Shown one piece after another: positions 40,560 through 53,383 of a DNA stretch of 64,000 bases. Made by a program: the position numbers and the translations under genes. The first letter of the stretch is position 1. Each line of letters begins with the position of its first letter. The stretch is from assembly GCA_951406725.2 (NCBI GenBank), contig OX597827.1:15004001-15068000 (forward strand). Direction: 5' to 3'. A model generated the notes under the pieces. It searched no databases. It had not been told where the DNA came from and was given only the letters and a program-made list of their open reading frames with translations. This DNA is from Octopus vulgaris. Its lineage: Eukaryota.

Positions 40560-42560
40560 TTCAGGTTATGAAGGTCACACAGGAAGTCATGGTACACTTG
40601 ACCCATGACAGGTTAAATATTGATGAGGTGAGTTTGGTTTTGTAGTGGGACAACAGTAGAAGAAATATTTGGCAAAGAGTATACCCTTATTCTTGGTTTT
40701 CATTGACTTGGAGAAAGCATTTGACAGGGTATCATGTGTAGTAATCTGGTGATCATTAGGAAATCTAGGTGTTGAGGAACAGTTTCAGGAAACTGTACAA
40801 GTCATGTACAAAGATGGGATGAGTAGGAGATAGGCGCAGGAGTGGCTGTGTGGTAAGTAGCTTGTCTACAAACCACATGGTTCTGGGTTTAGTCCCACTG
40901 CATGGCACCCTGGGCAAGTGTCTTCTGCTATAGCCTCGGGCCGACCAAAGCCTTGTGAGTGGATTTGGTAGACGGAAACTGAAAGAAGCCTGTCGTATAT
41001 ATGTCTATATATATATGCGTGTGTATGTTTGTGTGTCCCCTTTACTGTTTATGTCCCCATTACTTAGCGGTTCGGCAAAAGAGACCGATTAAATAAGTAC
41101 TGGGCTTACAAAAGAATAAGTCCCGGGGTCGAGTTGTCGATTAAAAGGCGGTGCTCCAGCATGGCCAGTCAAATGACTGAAACAAGTAAAAGAGTAAAAG
41201 AGAGAGAGTAAAACAAAAGCTAACAATGATTTCAGCGATGAATTTAGCAAGAGGGCTGGAGTCCCTCAAAGCTCAGTTCTCAGTCCCCTCCTATTCATTA
41301 TAGTCTTACATGGCTATCACAGAGAAGTTTAAGACTGGTTGTCCATGTTGATTCACTTTTCATAATTGAATCTATAGAGGAATTACAGAGAAAACTAAGC
41401 CTAGAATTGAGAGGCCTTAAGGTAAACATAGCAAAGATAAAGGTCTTAGTAAGTAGGAGAGAAGTCAGGAGCCTGGGGCCTTCAGAGAAATGACTTGGCT
41501 TAGTCTTCAGCATTAAAGTAGTTATAAGCACCACCTGCCGTACCCAGTGTAAGCTATGGATACACAAGAAATGTAATGGAATCACAGTCAGACTAGTCGG
41601 GAATACAAGCTTCTTCTGTGACAAATGCCCTGGAATAGTATATACTACGAACATGTCAGACACCCTTTTATACTGGGATGACTCCTTAGAAGCAGTTGAT
41701 AGACTTTGTTATCTAGGAGATATGAATTAGCTAGGGGGGGGGGGGTTACTTTGAAAATATAGTAATCAAGGGAAGGATGAGTTGAAGAAGATTCAGGGAG
41801 CTACTACCACTGTCAGCAGCAAAGGTTTTTTTCTCACAGAGTAAAGAGCAAATTGTATGCTATTTTTTAATTTTTTTTTTAAATTTGTTTAATTTTTTTT
41901 TTTTTTTTGCCCACAAGGGGCTGAACATAGAGGGGACAAACAAGGACAGACAAAGGGATTAAGTTGATTACATCGACCCCAGTGCGTAACTGGTACTTAA
42001 TTTATCGACCCTGAAAGGATGAAAGGCAAAGTCGACCTCAGCGGAATTTGAACTCAGAACGTATCAGCGAACGAAATAACACAAAGCATTTTGCCCGGCT
42101 TGCTAACGTTTCTGCCAGCTCGCCGCCTTAAATTGTATGATATTGGTGTTAGAACTACAATGCTTCATAGTAGCAAGACATAGGCCTTGAATCCAAAGGG
42201 TTCAAGAAGACTGGAAAGAAATGAAGAAAGCATGCTCCTTTGGGTGTGCAATGTGAGTGTGCATGAAAGACATACTGTACATGTGCTGAGAGAAAGAAAA
42301 AACTAGGCATAGGAGATATTAGATATAGGGAGCAAAAAAGAAAACTGCTCAGGTGTGGGCATGTGATGTGTATAGATGAGGATGGCCATATAGAAATGTG
42401 CCAGTTGCTTAATGTGCTTGGAGCTTGCAGGAGAGGAAGATCCAAGAAGGCATAGGAGGAAATAGTGAAGGCAGACTCCAGGACACTCAGCCTCACACAG
42501 AAGATGACAACAAATCAAAATTTCTGGTGAGGTGAGGTTTTTGAGAAGGCCTGCTCACCT
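40560..42560 (+). mobile_element. Degraded RTE-clade LINE (RT domain to C-terminus) with two nested SINEs (40831-41208 family A; 41905-42129 family B)
   Basis: FIDLEKAFDRV, GVPQSSVLSPLLFIIV, CYLGD and GHVMCIDED motifs with stops and frameshifts. The family B insert is flanked by AAATTGTATG(C/A)TATT. Confidence 0.85.
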
Positions 42561-42663
42561 CAGTGAAATGGGTTCTGGAAGCATTGTGTTTGTTCTACTC
42601 TCCACCGACACCACAACCACCACCACCACCACCATCACTGAAGCAAACTACCTCTCACTATAC

Positions 42664-42890
42664 ACTCATCATCATCATTGTTTAACTGTGGTCGAGACAA
42701 TGGAATTTACTATGCTACGTCAGACTTCACGGTCCATCGTAGCATTACGGAGGTCCTGTTGTTGGATGCCTGTATCCCTGGAGATTACATCAGGGTAGGA
42801 GAGTGTGTGCCCTCTGGTATCGCGAGTAGATGGCTTCCAGAGGAGAAGAGTAGAAATTACCTCCTTTTCAGCTCTACAACAATGTCCAGC
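42664..42890 (-). mobile_element. 3' end of a different RTE/RTEX-like LINE
   Basis: Minus translation AGHCCRAEKEVISTLLLWKPSTRDTRGHTLSYPDVISRDTG...MDREV*R, ending in (TGA)n. Confidence 0.7.
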
Positions 42891-44392
42891 AAACTGGACT
42901 CTCCTACCTCCCCCTGCTCCTGCAGCCTACTTCAACCTTGTCAACTCTCTCTCTATCTATCTATCTCTATCTCTCTTTTGTCCAACCCTTGTCAACCAAC
43001 TGTATCATCATTTAGTATCCTGCTGTTTTCCCCTTCCCGCACACTCTTCTGCCTCTCTCATTCTTACCCAACTCTTGACTCACTGATTCCACCCCAAAAA
43101 CCCCTACCCAATTTTTACAGAAATAGGCTGCTTCTCATCCTCTCTTCTCCTGCTCTTCATACAATCCTGCAACCTTATTCACCTCACTGCTGTTCCCCGC
43201 ATGCCTTGAGGGGCCCCCTGGACATTTCATCTCCACTATCTCTTCATAGCTCCTACTGCTCCAACAGATCATTCCCTCTCTCTCTCTCTTCCTACCTTAT
43301 TAAATGAGAGTAGCCATGCAGCTCTTCTACAAGAACCTTCTCTATCACTCCCCCATGTTTCTCACACACTTTTACCTTTCACCACTTGCATAAAGCCTAC
43401 TCTGACATCCCTTGAAGTTCATAGTCTTGCAAGCTGCATGGTAACCTCAATTAGTGCTAGTGACACGTAAAAAAGTACCCAGTACACACGGTAAAGTGGT
43501 TGGTGTTAGGACGGGCATCTGCTGAAGAAACCATACCAAAACAGATACTGGATTACAACACAGTTGTGGATGCACCACATCCTGCTAAACCATCCATTCC
43601 TTGCCAGTATGGAATATGAAAGTTAAATTATGATGATGATGACAAGGAACATAATGATGGCCTTATTTCAGTTTCTGTCAACTAAATCCACTTATAAGGA
43701 TTTGGTTGACCCAGAGCTATAAAAGGAGGTATTTGCTCAAGGTACCACACAGTGGGACTGAACCTAGAACCATGTGGCTGGGAAGCAAACTTCTTAGCTG
43801 CACAGCCATGCCATATTTATAATAGAATCAAAGCAATTTAGACACTGCCCCACCTGGTATTTCTTCATAATGTCTGTTGATTGTGTTCCCTCTAAATCGA
43901 TGGTCTCTTTTCAATGTCGATGGTGTGGTTATATTTTGACTCTCTTCAACTCCCTTTTCTTCTCGTATGACTTCAACTTGTGGAATGAAGGCCTATAAAA
44001 TATCAACCATCAATTATTAGTATTTGTATTTCAATCCTGATATAAACTGAAATTAATTCTTGAAATTTTAAAAACCAATAACACAATATTTTGCACCATA
44101 TTTTAATTTTTTTTTTTTTTTTCTTAAAAGAATCTCCCAGAAAATCAACCTGTGTCTTATAAACACAAAGTCAATAAACTGACATTCCATCATTTATGAT
44201 GACGAGTGTTTGAGTTGATCCAATCAATGGAACAGCATTCTTGTGAAATTAACATGCAAGTGGCTGAGCACTCCACAGACAAGTGCACCCTTAACAGCAC
44301 TAGTGTAGCTAGAATGTGTGCTGCCAAGGCAGCCCTTCTTGCCTTTCAGCATCGATGAAATAAATACCAGCTGAGCACTGGGGTCAATATAT

Positions 44393-44623
44393 ATTTCTTT
44401 ACTACCCACAAGGGGCTAAACATAGAGGGGACAAACAAGGACAGACAAACGGATTAAGTCGATTACATCGACCCCAGAATGTAACTGGTACTTATTTTAT
44501 CGACCCCGAAAGGATGAAAGGCAAAGTCGACCTCGGCGGAATTTGAACCCAGAACACGTAACGACAGACGAAATACGGCTACGCATTTCGCCCGGCGTGC
44601 TAACGATTGCCAGCTCGCCGCCT
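44393..44623 (-). mobile_element. SINE family B, young full-length copy with 16-bp TSD
   Basis: Flanked by CACTGGGGTCAATATA at 44376-44391 and 44626-44641, inserted into an older related SINE. Confidence 0.9.
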
Positions 44624-44802
44624 TTCACTGGGGTCAATATAATTGACATATCTACTGCCTTGAAATTCCTGGCCTTGTGCTAAAATTTGAAGCCATTATT
44701 ATACCTGCGTTTGTTTACATATTAAATTTGAAAAAAAAATCAACTCTAAAAAATTTTGGATCTGGGTTTGCACCTCTAAAACAAATTTTGTTTCTGTACT
44801 TA

Positions 44803-45210
44803 TAGGCGCAGGAGTGGCTGTGTGGTAAGTAGCTTATTTACCAACCACATGGTTCCAGGTTCAGTCCCACTGTGTGGCACCTTGGGCAAGTGTCTTCTAC
44901 TATAGCCTCGGGCCGACCAAAGCCTTGTGAGTGGATTTGGTAGACGGAAACTGAAAGAAGCCCGTCATATGTATGTATATCTATATATATGCGTGTGTGT
45001 GTCTGTGTTTGTTCCCCAGCATTGCTTGACAACCGATGCTGGTGTGTTTATGTCCCCGTTACTTAGCGGTTCGGCAAAAGAGACCGATAGAATAAGTACT
45101 GGGCTTACAAAAGAATAAGTCCCGGGGTCGAGTTGCTTGATTAAAGGCGGTGCTCCAGCATGGCCGCAGTCAAATGACTGAAACTAATAAAAGAGTAAAA
45201 GAGAGAGAGA
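44803..45210 (+). mobile_element. SINE family A, full-length
   Basis: ggcgcaggagtggctgtgtggtaag head to gactgaaactaataaaagag tail. Confidence 0.9.
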
Positions 45211-45634
45211 GTATATGCGTAATATATGTATCCTACTAGTAAGGTAAGGATTTTCCTGCTAGTTTTTCTAATTATTTTCTTCTTTATTTATTTATTTAAA
45301 CTTATACTGCGTCTTTTTACAGCTGATGTATTTGAGCTCTACCACTAAACACTATATCATCTATTAAATAAAAACCACTGATGTTATGTCATTTATTTGA
45401 ATGAAGGCTGTGATATCATGTCGTATATTTAGTAAAGCAATGATATCATGGTATCTAGTGAACAAAGCCATCATTTCATCTTCTAAGTAAAGCCAGCATT
45501 ATTGGTGTCACGTTAGTCATCTCATCTACTGATAGAGTTAATGATATCATGGCATCTCATATATAGAACAAAGCCAGTGGCATGGGAAGATTCACTGAGT
45601 ACAGGACTGATAAATGTATATATTTATATTATAT

Positions 45635-45683
<49 letters not shown>

Positions 45684-46010
45684 TATATTATATTATATTA
45701 TATATATACATTATATATATTATATATATATATATATGTATATATATACATACATAAATTTATATATACATATATTTATATATACATATATATAGACATA
45801 TATATATGTATGTATGTATGTGTATATATATATATATCATATTATATTATATACAAATATATGTGTGTGTGTGTGTGTATATATATATGCATATATATAT
45901 ATAAAATATACATAATATACATACACATATATGTATGTATGTATATAAATATATTATATTTATATATGTATGCATGTATGTATATATATGTATGTACGTT
46001 TGTGTGTGTG

Positions 46011-46046
<36 letters not shown>

Positions 46047-46054
46047 TGTGTATG

Positions 46055-46910
46055 AACAACCATGCTACACGCCAGGGAAACATGGGCCATGAATACTGAG
46101 GACATGCATGCGTAGGCTTGAAAGAAATGAAGCAAGCATGATCTGCTGGATGTGCATATATGACAGAGTGTAAGAACCCTGAGAGAAAGGTTGGGCATAA
46201 GGAGCATCAAATGTGGTGTGCAAGAGAGGCGTCTGCACTAGTATAGTCATGTGTTGTGTATGAATGAAGACAGCTGTGTGAGGAAGTGCCACTCCCTAAC
46301 TGTAGAAGGAACCTGTGGAAGAGGTAGACCCAGGAAGACATGGGATGAGGTGGTGAAGCATGACCTTCGAACATTGGGCATCAGAGAGGCAATGATAGGA
46401 GACCAGGACCTTTGGAGATATGCTGTGATTGAGAAGACCTGGCAACTAAAGTGAGATCACAGCCACACACATCCAGCCCTGTTAAGAATACCTCTTGATG
46501 TGTTGGGCAATATGATATGCTGGAGAAGACCTGTTGAGTCAAGTAAAACCAATATCATAGCTGGAGCCAGTGCTCCCTGACTGGCTCCTGTGCTGATGGC
46601 ATGTAAAAAGCACCATCCGAATGTGGTCAATGCCAGGTCTACCTGACTGGCTCCAGTGCCGGTGGCACGTAAAAAGCACCATCCAAACCTGATCGTTGCC
46701 AGGCCCACCTTATTGGCTCCTGTGCCGGTGGTACATAAAAAGTGCCCACTACACTCTCAGAGTGGTTGGCGTTCGGAAAGGCATCCAGCTGTAGAAACTC
46801 TGCCAGACCAGATTGGAGTCTGGTACAACCACTGGCTCTCCAGACCTCAGTCAAACCATCCAATCCAAGCCAGCATGGAAAACAGACATTAATTGATGAT
46901 GATGATGATG
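46055..46910 (+). mobile_element. RTE-clade LINE 3' end (ORF C-terminus, 3' UTR, (GAT)n tail)
   Basis: ETWAMNTED...HVLCMNEDSCVRKC..LTVEGTCGRGRPRKTWDEVVKHDL...DLWR, followed by the UTR seen as isolated copies elsewhere. Confidence 0.85.
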
Positions 46911-46967
46911 TATGTATGTATGTGTGAGTGTATATATATATATACACATACATATACACACACACAC

Positions 46968-47002
<35 letters not shown>

Positions 47003-48286
47003 CTGCATGGTTCATTCATGGTATGTGACTGACAATTGCTATATGCTCTATGTATATAAATATATATGGAATGTGGTTGATATGGTACATACACAGCTGA
47101 CATGTATGGCAGGTCATTGATATATGGTACATGGTCAATAAATGGTACATTGCCAATAAATGGTACATGTACATGGTACATGCACATGGTACATGCACAT
47201 GGTACATGCACATGGTACATGGCTCATCATCTTCATCAGCATCATCATCATCATCAGTCAGTGTACACTTTTCTATCCTTTCATGGATCACACGGAATTC
47301 GTTAAGGACAACTTTCCTGGCACAAACCTTCAGCTTTTAACAAGTAAAATAATATTTTGAAGACTGGAGATGAACAACCTTGCTAGTATGATGGGGGGGG
47401 GATGCTTGTTTCCAACCATCACTTGATATCGAGACAAAAGCTGCACATATACGCACACACACACTCACACACTTACATATATAAATACGTTTACATATAT
47501 GCAATAGGCTTCTTTCAGTTTCTGTCAAATCCACTCACAAGGTTTTTGGTCAGCCTGGAGCTATTGTAGAAGTCACTTGCCTAAGGTGCTATGCAATGGA
47601 ACTGAACCTAAAACCACACAGCTGGGAAGTGAATCCCTCAACCACACACCCACTCCTGCATGTCTCTGATATATATGTGTGTGTATGTGTGTGTATATGT
47701 GCGTGTGTGCATGTGTGTGTGTGTGTGTGCTTTCTTTCTTCTTTTATTCTTTTGTATGTTTCAGTCAGCCATACTGGAGCACCATCTTTAGTTGAACAAA
47801 TCAACTCCAGGACTTATTCTTTGTAAGCTTAGTACTTATTCTATTGGTCTCTTTTGCCGAACCGCTAAGTTACGAGGACATAAACACACCAGCATCAGTT
47901 GTTAAGTGATGGTGGAGGGACAAACACAGACACACATACATATATATGTATACATATATACGACGGGCTTTTTTCCGTTTCTGTCTACCAAATCCACTCA
48001 CAAGGCTTTGGTCAGCCCGAGGTTATAGTGGAAGACATTTGCCCAATGTGCCATGCAGTGGGACTGAACCCGGAAACATGTGGTTGGTAAGCAAGCTACT
48101 TATCACACAGCCACACACACACAGATAGATAGATAGATAGATAGATAGATATTTAGATAGACAGACAGATAGATAGATATTTAGATAGACAGACAGATAG
48201 ATAGATATTTAGACAGACAGACAGACATATAGATAGATAGACAGATAGATAGATATTTAGATAGACAGACAGACAGACAGACTGGC

Positions 48287-48320
<34 letters not shown>

Positions 48321-48569
48321 GAAACAATGGATAGGTGTCATTTCATTACACCTGTTTCTAATGAATTTTTTAATTGATTAATGAGCATGTAACATCATTA
48401 TAAAAAATCATTTTCTTCAGATGAGTACATGAACCACAATACTAGGAACATTTTAAAACATTTAAAATCCACAATGATGTGTGCATTATTTTGTGATTCC
48501 AAGAACTTTGCTGGTCGTAAATACATTCATACTTATATATATGCATGTGTGTGTGTGTGTATTACTCTC

Positions 48570-49345
48570 TCTCTCTCCTGCAATGCCAACATAGATACTG
48601 AAACCATCAACAGAATCTCCAAGGCAAGCAGCACGTTTGGGAGACTGCGAAAGAAAGTCTGGGAGCGGAGAGGAATCAGCCTCAACACCAAGCTGAAAGT
48701 CTACCGGGCAGTCGTGCTTACCACCCTACTATACGGCTGCGAGACGTGGACTGCTTACCGAAGGCATGAGCGCCAGATAAACCACTTCCATCTCAGGTGT
48801 CTTCGGAACCTCCTTCACATCCGCTGGCAGGACAAAGTCCCAGACACGGAAGTTCTGAAGCAGGCAGATCTCCCTAGCACCATCACAATCATGCGCAAGG
48901 CCCAGCTGAGATGGGCGGGCCACGTCTCCCGCATGTCTGACACTCGCATCCCAAAACAGCTCTTCTACGGTGAACTTAGCCAGGGCAGGCGCAAAGTCGG
49001 AGGGCAGAGGAAGCGCTACAAGGATAGTCTCAAGGTCTCTCTCAAAGACTTCTCCATCGGAACAGAGACCTGGGAGACACTTACTGCCGACCACTCATCC
49101 TGGCGCAGTGCAATCACCATAGGAGCAGGGACAGCCGAGGAGGGACGGATTCGGTCAGCAGAGCAGAAACGCCAGATGCGTAAAGCCAGAGCCGCCTGCA
49201 CCAGTAGCACGGCCCCTACCCACTTCTGCCCTACCTGTGGGAGGGGCTTCCTTGCCCGGATTGGCCTCACCAGCCACCTCTGGTCTCATGGTGGCAGTTC
49301 CATCAGATGATGTCAGTTGGTCATCTTCGAACCGAAGGACGAACA
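48570..49345 (+). mobile_element. Young 5'-truncated RTE-clade LINE with uninterrupted ORF C-terminus and terminal C2H2-type motif
   Basis: RISKASSTFGRL...LLYGCETWT...QLRWAGHVSRM..RIPKQLFYGEL...CPTCGRGF..RIGLTSHLWSH, no stops over ~245 codons. Possible TSD TATTACTCT (48560, 49363). Confidence 0.95.
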
Positions 49346-49364
49346 TTATTATATAATATTATTA

Positions 49365-49775
49365 TTACTCTTTTACTTGTTTCAGTCATTTGACTGTGGC
49401 CATGCTGGAGCACCACCTTTAGTCGAGCAAATCGACCCTGGAACTTATTCTTTGTAAGCCCAGTACTTATTCTATCGGTCTCTTTTGCCAAACCGCTAGG
49501 TGACGGGGACGTAAACACACCAGCATCGGTTGTCAAGCAATGCTAGGGGGACAAACACAGACACACAAACATACACAGAAATACATATATATATATATAT
49601 ATACATATATACGACAGGCTTCTTTCAGTTTCCGTCTACCAAATCCACTCACAAGGCTTTGGTCGGCCCAAGGCTAAAGTAGAAGACACTTGCCCAAGGT
49701 GCCACGCAGTGGGACTGAACCCGGAACCATGTGGTTGGTAAACAAGCTACTTACCACACATTCACTCCTGCGCCT
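49365..49775 (-). mobile_element. SINE family A, full-length
   Basis: As for the other copies. Further copies at ~27885-28207, ~32283-32657 and ~47740-48115. Confidence 0.9.
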
Positions 49776-49886
49776 ATATATATAAATTTAAAATGAGGAT
49801 GAGAAATTAGACATTAATTTAATCAACATCGATTTCACACCAGTGGTCGCGCATATAAAAAAACTGAAGGTTCAGTAAAATTGTAT

Positions 49887-50073
49887 TATATACGTATTAA
49901 AGGGAAACCACAATGTGGACACCTTTATGCTAGAAATAGATCCGCTATGCTCTTACCACTAAGAAATGTTCTCAAGAAAAATTTATGAGAACATTTCTTA
50001 GTGGTAAGACCATAGCGGACCTATTTCTAGCATAAGGGTGTCCACATAGTGGTTTCCCTCTAATATGTATATA
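49887..50073. repeat. Long inverted repeat, 88-bp arms with 11-nt loop
   Basis: 49887-49974 versus 49986-50073, about six mismatches by eye. Confidence 0.95.
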
Positions 50074-50294
50074 TAAATATACATATATTTATAACAATGA
50101 GAGTCTTTGTAACAAGTCGCTAGACCACATACCGAAAGTATTAGAAATAGCAGCCAGATGACTACCATTTCCTTTTAATACAAAAATATGTCTCCACAGA
50201 CAACAGTATTTGTAACTCCCCTATAAATCCCCATACTTTATATATATATATATATATACCCCCATACTTATATATATATATATACCCCCATACT

Positions 50295-50337
<43 letters not shown>

Positions 50338-50370
50338 CCCCATACTTATATATATATATATACCCCCATA

Positions 50371-50415
<45 letters not shown>

Positions 50416-50804
50416 TTCATACACAGAATACAGCTGATATATGTGTAATAAAATGGTACATACATTGGTGGACATATGGTATGTAAGTGCATTATTGATA
50501 CTTGGGACATGGTTTACATACAGCTTATGGCTAACACATATATAAGACTTATATATGGTATACTGATTGATAAATGGTACCTGGGTAATATATAGAATCA
50601 GTCGGACAATACAATACTGTGGTTGGCTCTAGAACACAACTGTTGTAAAATGAGTGACACATAAAACCAGGAAGAACGTAGAGGACACAAGGTGAAATGC
50701 TGAACATGTTTGATATAAGGAAAATACGTTTGATATTTAGATCAACATGTTTGGTATATAGAACATGTGCTGATACATAGAACACTTGTCTGATATACAG
50801 AACA

Positions 50805-51217
50805 CGGCGAGCTGGCAGAAACGTTAGCATGCCAGGTGAAATGCGTAGCCGTATTTCGTCTGCCGTTACGTTCAGAGTTCAAATTCTGCCGAGGTTGACT
50901 CTGCCTTTCATCCTTTTGGGGTCAATAAATTAAGGACCAGTTACGCACTGGGGTTGATGTAATCGACTTAATCCGTTTGTCTGTCCTTGTTTGTCCTCTC
51001 TGTGTTTAGCTCCTTGTGGGTAGTATAGAAATAGATATTTCGTATGCTTTTGCATTCTGAGTTCAAATTCCGTCATGGTCGACTTTGCCTTTCATCCTTT
51101 CAGTGTCAATAAATTAAGTACCAGTCATGCACTGGGGTTGATGTAATCGACTTAATCCGTTTGTCTGTCCTTGTTTGTCTCCTCTGTGTTTAGCCCCTTG
51201 TGGGCAATAAAGAAATA
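50805..51217 (+). mobile_element. SINE family B dimer (full unit plus headless unit)
   Basis: Core and tail occur twice, junction gaaatagatatttcgt. Confidence 0.85.
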
Positions 51218-51922
51218 AGAACACATGGCTGATATATATAACAATTGTTTGGTATATAGAACACTTGCCTGGTGTATAAAGCACATGTTTAATAGATACA
51301 ATACATACAGCAGTGAGCTGGCATAATCATTAGCACACTGGACAAAGTGCTTAGTGACATTATGTTGTCTTTACATTCCAAGTTCAAATACCACCATGGG
51401 CAACTTTGCCTTTCATCCTTTCAGGGTCGATAAATTAAGTACCAGCTGCATACTGGGGTCGATCTAATTGACTGGCCTCCTTCCTGAAAAACTTCAGGCC
51501 TTGTGCCCAGAGTAGAAAAGAATCATTAGCACACTGGGCAAAATGAGTTCAAATTCCACCATGGTCAAATTTGCCTTTCATCCTTTTGGGGTTAATAAAA
51601 TAAGTACCAGTTGAACACTGGGGTGATGTTATGGACTAGGCCACACTCCCAGAATTGCTGGCCAAGAACCAAAATTTGAAACCAATATATAGCTCAGATG
51701 TTTTGTATAAAGAATACATATTTGATACAGAGAAAACTTTGTTTGATATACAGAACACATCACTAATAAAAAGAACATTTGTATGATGTATAAAACACAT
51801 GGTCAATATACAGAACATGTTTGATATATAACTGGTACTCCACTGGTTACAGCAACAAGGGTTCCAGCTGATTCAATCAACCTAACAGTCAGTTCACTCA
51901 ACAGATATACACACACCCTTAA

Positions 51923-52369
51923 CCTTTTCGTTACTGTATTTATTTTGAGATGCTCTGTGTTTCTTCCAATTACTTTAACCATTTAGCATTCAAACCGGCC
52001 ATATCTGGCCAAAATATTTAACCTGTTTTATATTGAAACTGGCCAGATCTTGCCTCTCACATCAGCCCTACCATGTCATTCTAAAACTAAAAAAATCACA
52101 TCACTGCAATCTCTAAACTACAAGATAATGCAGGATTAATTCAAACCATTTTAAATAAACATCACATCACATTTGGCAGAATAATCTGAACACTAAAGGG
52201 TTAAATATAACAAAGAATTTAGTAAAATAACTTAGTTATCATTGAGCCAGTGTTAGGAACATAAATTGTGACTAAGGTTTGGTGGAAGATTTTCATTCAG
52301 AACTTTTGAAAACAAGACATTGGTAGTACAGAGCCAGAGCCGGTTTCAGCCGGGCTGGTATCAAAAGGG
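51923..52369. mobile_element. piggyBac-like MITE containing a second piggyBac-like MITE (51979-52200)
   Basis: Outer TTAA|CCTTTTCGTTAC...GTATCAAAAGGG|TTAA. Inner TTAA|CCATTTAGCATTCA...TGAACACTAAAGGG|TTAA. Confidence 0.8.
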
Positions 52370-52689
52370 TTAACATAATTCTTAGGGAATTTCAGCATAA
52401 CACAGAATGTGACAAGGCTGATTCTTTGAAATACAGGCACTTACCATTCTTGAATGGTCTGGAGCAACATGAAATAAAGTACCTTGCTCAAGGACACAAC
52501 ACACCACTTGGAATTGAACTCGTGACTTCACGATCGTGAACTGAACACCCTAATCACTACAGAACACATGTCTTATATATACAGAACATTTGTCTAACAT
52601 ACAGATCTATATTTAAGAGATGAGGAATTATGTACATTATTTACATTATTTACATTTGATGGATATTTGTCCTCATCTTGTTTGTTCTT

Positions 52690-52732
52690 AACACATTTCA
52701 GCTGATATACCCTCCAGCCTTCATCAGGTGTC
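52690..52732 (-). ncRNA. Hammerhead-like motif, left arm (stem III region shortened)
   Basis: GACAC-CTGATGA-A-GGCTG-GAGGGTATAT-CAGCT-GAAA-T-GTGTT. Confidence 0.6.
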
Positions 52733-53014
52733 TTGGGGGAAATTTTGAACCTGGCATAGTGGTTAAGAGCGCAGGCTACTAACCCCACGATTCCAAGTTC
52801 GATTCCAGGCAGTGACCTGAATAACAATAATAATATAAGCGCAGGAGTGGCTGTGTGGTAAGTAGCTTGCTTACCAACCACATGGTTCTGGGTTCAGTCC
52901 TACTGCGTAGCACCTTGGGCAAGTGTCTTCTACTATAGCTTCAGGCCAACCAAAGCCTTGTGAGTGGATTTGGTAGACGGAAACTGAAAGAAGCCCGTCA
53001 TATATATGTATGCG

Positions 53015-53049
<35 letters not shown>

Positions 53050-53337
53050 CTGTGTGTGTTTGTATGTTTGTGTGTCTATGTTTGTCCCCCCACAACATCG
53101 CTTGACAGCCAATGCTGGTGTGTTTATGTCCCCATAACTTAGCGGTTCAGCAAAAGAGACCAATAGAATAAGCACTAGGCTTACAAAGAATAAGTCCTGG
53201 GGTTGATCTGCTCGACTAAAGGTGGTGCTCCAGCATGGCCACGGTCAAATGACTGAAACAAGTAAAAAAGTAAAGAGTATAATAACAACATTGAAAAATA
53301 CCTTAGGAATGAGAACCCAGGTTCGAAATTTCCCCAA

Positions 53338-53383
53338 GACACCTGATGAAGGCTGGAGGGTATATCGGCTGAAAAGTTGTGTT
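53338..53383 (+). ncRNA. Hammerhead-like motif, right arm
   Basis: GACAC-CTGATGA-A-GGCTG-GAGGGTATAT-CGGCT-GAAA-A-GTT-GTGTT. Stem I GACAC/GTGTT, stem II with wobble pairs. Confidence 0.65.

Noticed and set aside
52752-52818. tRNA gene (also the tRNA-like heads at 2366, 28264, 35604)
   Set aside because: No complete cloverleaf or acceptor stem, and each continues into a repeat body, so these are SINE heads.
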